DNA from: Balanoglossus misakiensis
Lineage: Eukaryota; Animalia; Hemichordata
Length of the DNA: 64,000 bases
Reading direction: 5' to 3'
Assembly: GCA_040954595.2 (NCBI GenBank)
Contig: CM082583.2
Span: 5,330,849-5,394,848 of the forward strand
The notes beneath the pieces were generated by a model. The model saw only the letters and a list, made by a program, of their open reading frames with translations. It was not told where the DNA came from and searched no databases. Positions 57,101-64,000 of the stretch are shown here, one piece after another. Numbering within the stretch: position 1 is the first letter of the stretch; every line of letters starts with the position of its first letter. The position numbers and the translations under genes are program-made.

Positions 57101-60100
57101 GGCCTGTCTGGTTCATCAACTGTGGATCTGCCCCGATGAAAGCTACATCATGAAAATTTACAGTGTCGCAATCCGCTAAGCTGGGATTGAAATGCAAGGC
57201 TGCAGTGCATTCATATATTGATGATCACAGCGAGAGGAGATCCAAAATAACAATTTCGATGGGCGACGGTGGCATCACTATAATACGTACAGCGATGCTA
57301 TTTCTGTAGGGCTCACTGACAGATCAAAATAATTCTACCATCAGTACTTTGGTCATGTATGCCCTCAGTATATTTTGTAACTAAACATTGAAAACATCAT
57401 GAAAGGTTTCTGTGTACACCCTCTCATCATGTGCATTCAATGATCATGCCTGATTATTCCCATCTTTCTGGATCAGTCGGGGAAAAAAACGTCAAGCTCA
57501 GTGTCGGTTGACTGCGTTGCCATGGCAATGCATTGAATCAAACCATCATCTAGAGAGCCGCATTAGATTCTATATATCATGTGTTGGTTTTCAAATAGCA
57601 CTAAAGCTTCTGTTTTCACTATGGATTTTTAATGGATATGGTTGGTTGACATGTCAATATTTAGAAGAATATAAAACTGCCCTCATTTTTCCTCGATTGA
57701 TGGTGTTTCACTGTATCCTGTAGTTTTCATTTGATTTAGGGTGAAGTACCACTGGAGACCCAAAAAAACAGTCTTTTATTCAATTTATTGGATGGGAAGA
57801 ATTGCTTTCAATTTATAAAAAAATACAGAAGAATATAAATATCACCTTTTTGTTCAAGACCACATGTTGAGAATTAAAATGTTTCTCAATGATTCTAGCA
57901 CAGAATTAAGTTGCCACTTATTATTTGTGATTGTGATATCATATTCAATTCTCAATCCTCTAATATGCAAGATGTGACACCTGAGTTTTATTCTATTTAT
58001 TTTTTTAAAGTAGGGATCAAATATCAAATGACTTGATGTATGAAACTTGGTGTCCATGAACACCCGATAGACGGAGAATTTTTTTTTTTATCGGCCTGCT
58101 GTTTTCTGTTCAGCTGAAAGTATAGGGCGCGGATACGATTTAAACGGTGAAATATAGAAGAGAGAACATCAACCAGGGCAGAGTGCAGAAAAATCTAATA
58201 AAACACTGTCTCGATACTTTCCATCATTTTGTTGCCGTATATTGATTGCTGTTTGGGGTTTTTATTTCATCTTCAGGCCGACCGTTTACTTCGAGGCGCA
58301 GTCTCGTAAAAAGCACAGATGGCCATAAATCTACAGAGAGTGCGCGGGTCCGTCGCAAATTGCAAATCGGACTCTCCAACCCCATTAGACTGCAATGATG
58401 CAGATTTCAACAGATCAACAAATTACAGCATAAACACCATGATAAAGACTGCACAGGGGTTGTCATTATTCTGGGCAAGATACAGAGCCTTGATCAGGAA
58501 TGATCAAGGAAGCTATAGCCTCTGGGGCAAAGAAATAGATGTTTTATTTGCATTTAACGTTAATATTTCTGTTGGAGTGTGTGAATATTTAAAACATGGA
58601 GAAATCAAAAGCTGTAGCTGCTCTGAGTTTTATATTTATCATGACTTGTCGTAATTTCACAAAAAATGTGATTTTCGGGCAATTAATTGTTGTTACTGAA
58701 AACTGATTTCTTATATAGGTTATTATATTTTTATTAATACCAAGAATTTGCTTTGTATACTTATCTGTGCATGTTTGCCACAATTGTGTTCTTATTTACA
58801 AAGCATTAAAGATGATTTTCAACCAGGCCCTGGCACGTTAAAATAGCCTTTAATTCTCACAGCTCAGCATCTTGACAACACCCTACCCACCCCTGTCCTG
58901 TTGTGGGCGAACCCTAAAAGATTCAACCTGATAAAATAGTCTTCTCCAAACCAATTCGATATTTCACATGCGTATCCAGGGATGGAAACATTAGCCCCTT
59001 GCTTTCTCAACAGTGCTCGGGTGTAGTCTGGGTCCGATTTCAGTTGCGTTGGCTGTTTGGTAGATAGGTGGTGTGACCCTGCAGCTGAAATTTCATCCCT
59101 CCAGCTCTCATTAAATGGGATTTCTACTCTTACATTACTCAAATCTAGACGATATTACTTTGCCTTCAGACCCCTTCTCTTCCTGTGAACTGCGTCTGCC
59201 CTTGTGCATATGTGCTAGCCATAAAGGGAAAAGAAAAATTTCATTTTCTGGCCTGATTTTTGCATGCGTGGTATTGCCAGCAAAATTCAAGATTCTTGAT
59301 TATCCGACAGAGAAACAGCAACTCACAGCTCACAACAACAATTCAAAATCTGCCCAGAAGATATCTTTGTAATTTTCTTCAAGAAATTAAAAAAAAAAAC
59401 GAATCAAAACACCATAGGTGCTGTATTGAAGTTCATACTGTCCTACTGAAATAGAAGCGTGTTGAGAAGAAAAATAGCTTTCTTAAATGTCAGAAGAAAA
59501 TAATAAGAATTATGAAAACAGATTTCCCAAGATTAACAAGAGCACTGAATACGTATACGGTAATACTCTCCAGGGTGAGCTATTTTGAATGATTACCCAC
59601 TCCCCCCAACTTGAAAATTTTCTTCATTCTAAAAGTGCAGTCATTATCTTTTCTGTCTCTCATGAAGTATTTAAGAGGAAATCACTAAAATGGAAAAAAT
59701 GCATGTATATGTAAAAAAAAATGGAAGTGAAATAATCAGAGATTTTTTGTATGTACGAGAGGAAATATATATCCTTGATAATGTGGCCTTTTGAAATGCT
59801 CTGGGAGCCAAGGGTAATTGATGGCTCCCAGCTTTGATATTAAGATTTCAGTGCAAATACAATTTGTTAAATGGTTCAGACAGTACAGAGCTGGCTTGAT
59901 GATATGAGTACCTCACAGCTGCTAGGTGTTCAGAAGCTAGATCAGCTCTCTCTCTCTCTCTTTCTCTCTCTGTAATTCTCTCTCTGAAATGCACAAACAC
60001 ACACGCACACACGCACATGCACACTTATACAGTTTTCTTTCTCTGCAGTGACTTGAAAAAAAACAGTGGCCTAAGTCATGTATTCAGAAACATTTCTCAA

Positions 60101-60897
60101 CGCAAGAGGTTCCGCCCTTCGAAGCTGAAGAGTAAATTGCATTTCAGGGGTGTCTGAGCAGTGAACGTTTTAAAGTCAGAGACAAGGGATATGCCACTCG
60201 GCTGAGTGAACAAGCTGTTCCCTGAATGTCTGAGAGAGAGAGAGCTGAGCTTTAAAGCGCAGATTGTAGGATGTCGCTACGACGACCAAATCAGAGTCAG
60301 CCAGCGTTAATAACGCTTCTGTGCATCCCGAAACGAATTACACACAGTATGCATAATGCCTCACCGGTTGACGTTTTACCGAGAGTTCTAACATGATTAC
60401 TAGTGTATTCCACACTGTAGGCGAGAAACGTAGACATTTAAGATTGCCGTAAGGACATCGCTCTTTCTCCTTATAACATTAGGCATGCAGTCTGGGCATA
60501 TTTTGCACAAACCTATTTTTTTTCTAGGGGGGGGGGGGGTCCTTACACGAAACGCATCATGACCACTGTGTCAGGTCCCCATGGAATGACTACAAATCCC
60601 TAAATGCTCTAGACCCTAATTTAAATCCCGAATTTTCAAAAACAATTAGAGTCTAAATGATTCTGTTTTTACCGCCTGATTGCACCCACTGTGGAAAAAA
60701 GTATTTTTTTTTTATCTTGACTGTGAATTTTTGCATTTCATTGCCCGATATATTCCTAGCCATAATCTGTATGTTCAGCCGGTGAATCAATCTAGCTTAA
60801 AAGTCATTTTTCCCCAGCTGAAAATGACTAATAGCCCCATTTCACAATAATATTGCATAAACTACATCTTCTTTTTATATACCAAATATGATAGTCG

Positions 60898-61021
60898 CAG
60901 TTGCAGACTACTGAAAATTTTCCTAATTTTTGCAATATTTTAATCTTTTCAGGGAAAACAGTTGCAGATGACTGAAAATTTTCCTAATTTTTGCAAAATA
61001 TTTGAATCTTTTCAGGGAAAA
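60898..61021. repeat. Tandem duplication, 2 x ~62 bp
   Basis: CAGTTGCAGA..ACTGAAAATTTTCCTAATTTTTGCAA..ATATTT.AATCTTTTCAGGGAAAA occurs twice. Confidence 0.9.
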
Positions 61022-64000
61022 CTGCTTTAAATTATTCAGATGTTTCAACCATTGAAAATATCAGCTCAATTTCCCCCGGGGATTAAATCTCCTGAAAAAA
61101 AATGCAGAATGAGAAACTATATATAAAGGCGGAATCAGAATCGACGTTTCATCCAAGTTTATCATATTTACCAGGAGGGAACTATATCAATTATGATGTG
61201 GTTGCAAATTTCCCTCTCATTAAAGTCGAAAATTGAGGGCTTTTTAGCACTAGATGACAAGACAAATGAGCTATCATGAAAACAACATCCAAAATTTTCC
61301 CAATTTCTGGTGATTTTAATAATTCCTGACAGTTGTTAGGGGTGCAACACAGCATGCCGATTTTTCCCCCCTGCGTGCAGTATATAGCTCTGAGGCTTAT
61401 AGGTGCCCATATTACTTACATTCATATCACATTCTCCATTTACCGAACGCCGCGTGAATCCCAAATTACCCAAATAGTCTGCAACCGACTGTCACGAGTT
61501 TATCTCAATAAATTTTTCATAAACCATCAGAGAATTTTCAAATTTGATCTGATTTTTTTTTTCTCCGGCAAAGTGTCGATCTACATTTTAATTTTCCCTG
61601 ACATAATGGCAACCTTGACTTCACAATAATTGCACAAATTGTTGTAAAATCGTTTTCCTGTGAAAATTACACATTTACTCACCAGGTAGATGAACATATA
61701 TCAATGTAAATACAGTGCTGTAATGAGGATAAATTATTAACAATTACGCCTTAAAATCTGATGGAAGATTTCTATAAAAAATTAATTTCAGTCATTAAGT
61801 ACATATTTTGTCAAAAGGTAAAAAAAAGCTAGTCTTTAGAATTTTGCTTGTCCAAAATTATTATTAACCTACCAGAGTTGCTGTTGAGAAACCTTTTTTT
61901 TTTCCTGTTCCCTTTCTTTTGAACTTTCTACTGCCCTTTCTTCCCACCCACATTGGATTTTCAACGGACACAGTCCAACTCCTTATTGCTATGGAAACAG
62001 TGATTAGCATAAACCCAATCCTACACTTTTCAGATGGAAGACTTTTTGGGAAAGCAGTGATTATAGTTTGAAAAAGTCTTCAAGCCCTAAATTCATGATT
62101 ATATATCTATAAAATTCTGTCAAGGTTTTCATGCAGGGCGATCATTTTTATATCTAAGAGAGGGACAGACAACCAAATTCATTGTATACATTCACATTGT
62201 GAAATATCAACTTGAATTAATTTATTTGTTCTTTTGTGTTTTGTGTTGTATTGTTTTGAATAATCTTAAAACTTCCTTTCAAACCACATTCAGCATAAAG
62301 AGAGCTTGTCAGCCTACACCAAACACAGTGTAGGGGAAAAGAAAAGTTGTCAATAAACTACCATAAGCAGTACCGTTGGTTTTATAATGAGCATCAGGTT
62401 ATACACGTCAAAATTGGAGATTTGGTGATTTCATCTTTGTTCGGCTCTGAGTGTTCTTTGTCTGGGCTGAGCAACTTGAATAAAAAAAGAAGGCTAAAAA
62501 TTGGCTCTACAGTCGTTAAGTGTTCACAGTGGCTGTGTGTGAACACTGGCAGATGTACACTTCAACACACAGCTCCATCTGAGAAACAAAGTCTGCCAAT
62601 AAAGCTTTAAATTTCCGATGTACACATGAATGAAAATCTAGCAATATTTAACACTAAAAAATGTACATGAGGACACTGAGTCTCCATTTTCATGCTCACA
62701 GAATTTGAGTGTGTGGTGTATAAGGCAGAATTTTCACAGCAGCTTAGAAGTCAGTGATCTAAGAGCAGCAGCTACAGTAATAGCTTCCACCATGATTTGA
62801 GGGGAACAAAATGCAAAGGGGTCTCCAGAGGCCGGGTAATCAAATTAACAATTAATGAGAGACCCGGTCTCAATATCTCAAAGGCCGCTGTTATTCCCTT
62901 TTCCATGAAAGCTTTTTTTTTGTTCCTCAATATCATAATGGTACTCATCCCCAGGAGGTCAGACTGGAAATTTTGTGGGCTGCGCAGAGAGGAGAGATAT
63001 AGACTTATGAATTCTCTGTACTATCACATACTTACTAATAATACCACAAGCCACAGCTCAGAAAAAAAATCAGCCAGAATTTTAATCTGACTTTAGCCTT
63101 TCTTCCATTGTATACTAGACACTCGTATCTGCATTTTCATCCTTGCAAAAGAAATTACAGACATGCAGAACGTGCCTGAATGCTGTGCACACTTGTGATT
63201 TTACATTTTACAACAAAGAAATTCTGGCCATCTGTAATTTTTTGCCCTCCGCAATTTTAAAGCTTTATCAGGTAAACAGCAAGGATATCGTCTGCCACTT
63301 TATTTCCGCAGATATTTCACTGCATGATTTGTTCAAATTCTGTCGACGAGATTTAGCTCAAAAAGTAAAGTCAAAAGAAATGTTAAATTGTGTTTAAAAT
63401 GTAGACTTCATTTTATTGTCAATATTAGTGGCATACAAATCAATTTCCAAGAGCTAAATTTGACACAGATGAGAAATGGCTGACATTTTTTTTAAAACAC
63501 TGACGTTCACTTCTCTTTAAATCTGTTAGACTATGACTCAAGATGATGTCATTTTGGAATGGATGTGACAATAAAATTTCTCTTTCGAGGGTGTGATCCC
63601 AATTTTCATTTATGACCATACGGAGTCTGCAGTCATTTATTTAATCTCCAAACAAAGACCATTTTTCATTTCCTTTTTTGGAGAGAGGGTGGGGGGGGGG
63701 GGGCATCAGTGACAAACTTAGATTTGTCGATTCTGTGTCACATTTGGCTAATAGGACAGATATCACGGGCAGATTTATGAGTTAAGAGTTATTTTATTGT
63801 TAGCAATTGGGAAAGCAAATTTCATTTAATGTGTATATCTTTGACCAATTTTAGACTGAATGGCTGCCAGTAATTGAGAAAACTGAATGTATAAATGTGT
63901 AAGAAAGCTGTTTGTATTCTCGGAAGGGTAGAATAGCTCACTCTTATTTAAACAAAATGTATTGATCTTTTAAATTTAAATTGAATCCTGTACACTTGAT

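Noticed and set aside
56853-58654. ORFs of 111-114 aa in the distal region
   Set aside because: No recognisable domain, no coding-like composition and no compatible splice chain.
60500-61700. Possible decayed DNA transposon around the 62-bp tandem duplication
   Set aside because: I could not locate matching terminal repeats or a TSD.

Overview
Eukaryotic (animal) genomic DNA, AT-rich, with spliceosomal GT-AG introns. It looks like a marine invertebrate bilaterian, possibly an invertebrate deuterostome such as a hemichordate (inference from repeat style and gene arrangement, low confidence). I spliced four protein-coding genes by hand, all with consistent intron phases. (1) The 5' part of CEP120 (minus; 5 coding exons, runs off the left edge). 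(2) A complete casein kinase I gamma / gilgamesh gene (plus; 11 coding exons, 452 aa, 23.8-kb intron 3), head-to-head with CEP120. (3) A complete PCLAF/PAF15/KIAA0101 gene (minus; 4 exons, 134 aa, barely visible in the ORF track). (4) A complete TRIP4/ASC-1 gene (plus; 11 exons, 577 aa), head-to-head with PCLAF. The last ~13 kb has no recognisable exon. Non-coding DNA carries several MITEs (Harbinger-, pogo/Tc1-, piggyBac- and Kolobok-like). Most notable: (a) two sequence-unrelated families of small non-coding elements in CSNK1G intron 3 share one design: an A..A'B..B' layout, no target-site duplication, and a long hairpin whose mismatches are tandem GA/GA pairs with a GNA/GNNA loop on one defined strand, which suggests a strand-specific ssDNA intermediate; (b) a TGA-C stop followed by a coding-like 18-codon extension in CK1gamma, a readthrough candidate; (c) the gene order CEP120-CSNK1G-PCLAF-TRIP4, which joins two human paralogous regions. 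No CRISPR array, rRNA or tRNA was recognised. Most ORFs in the supplied track are spurious.
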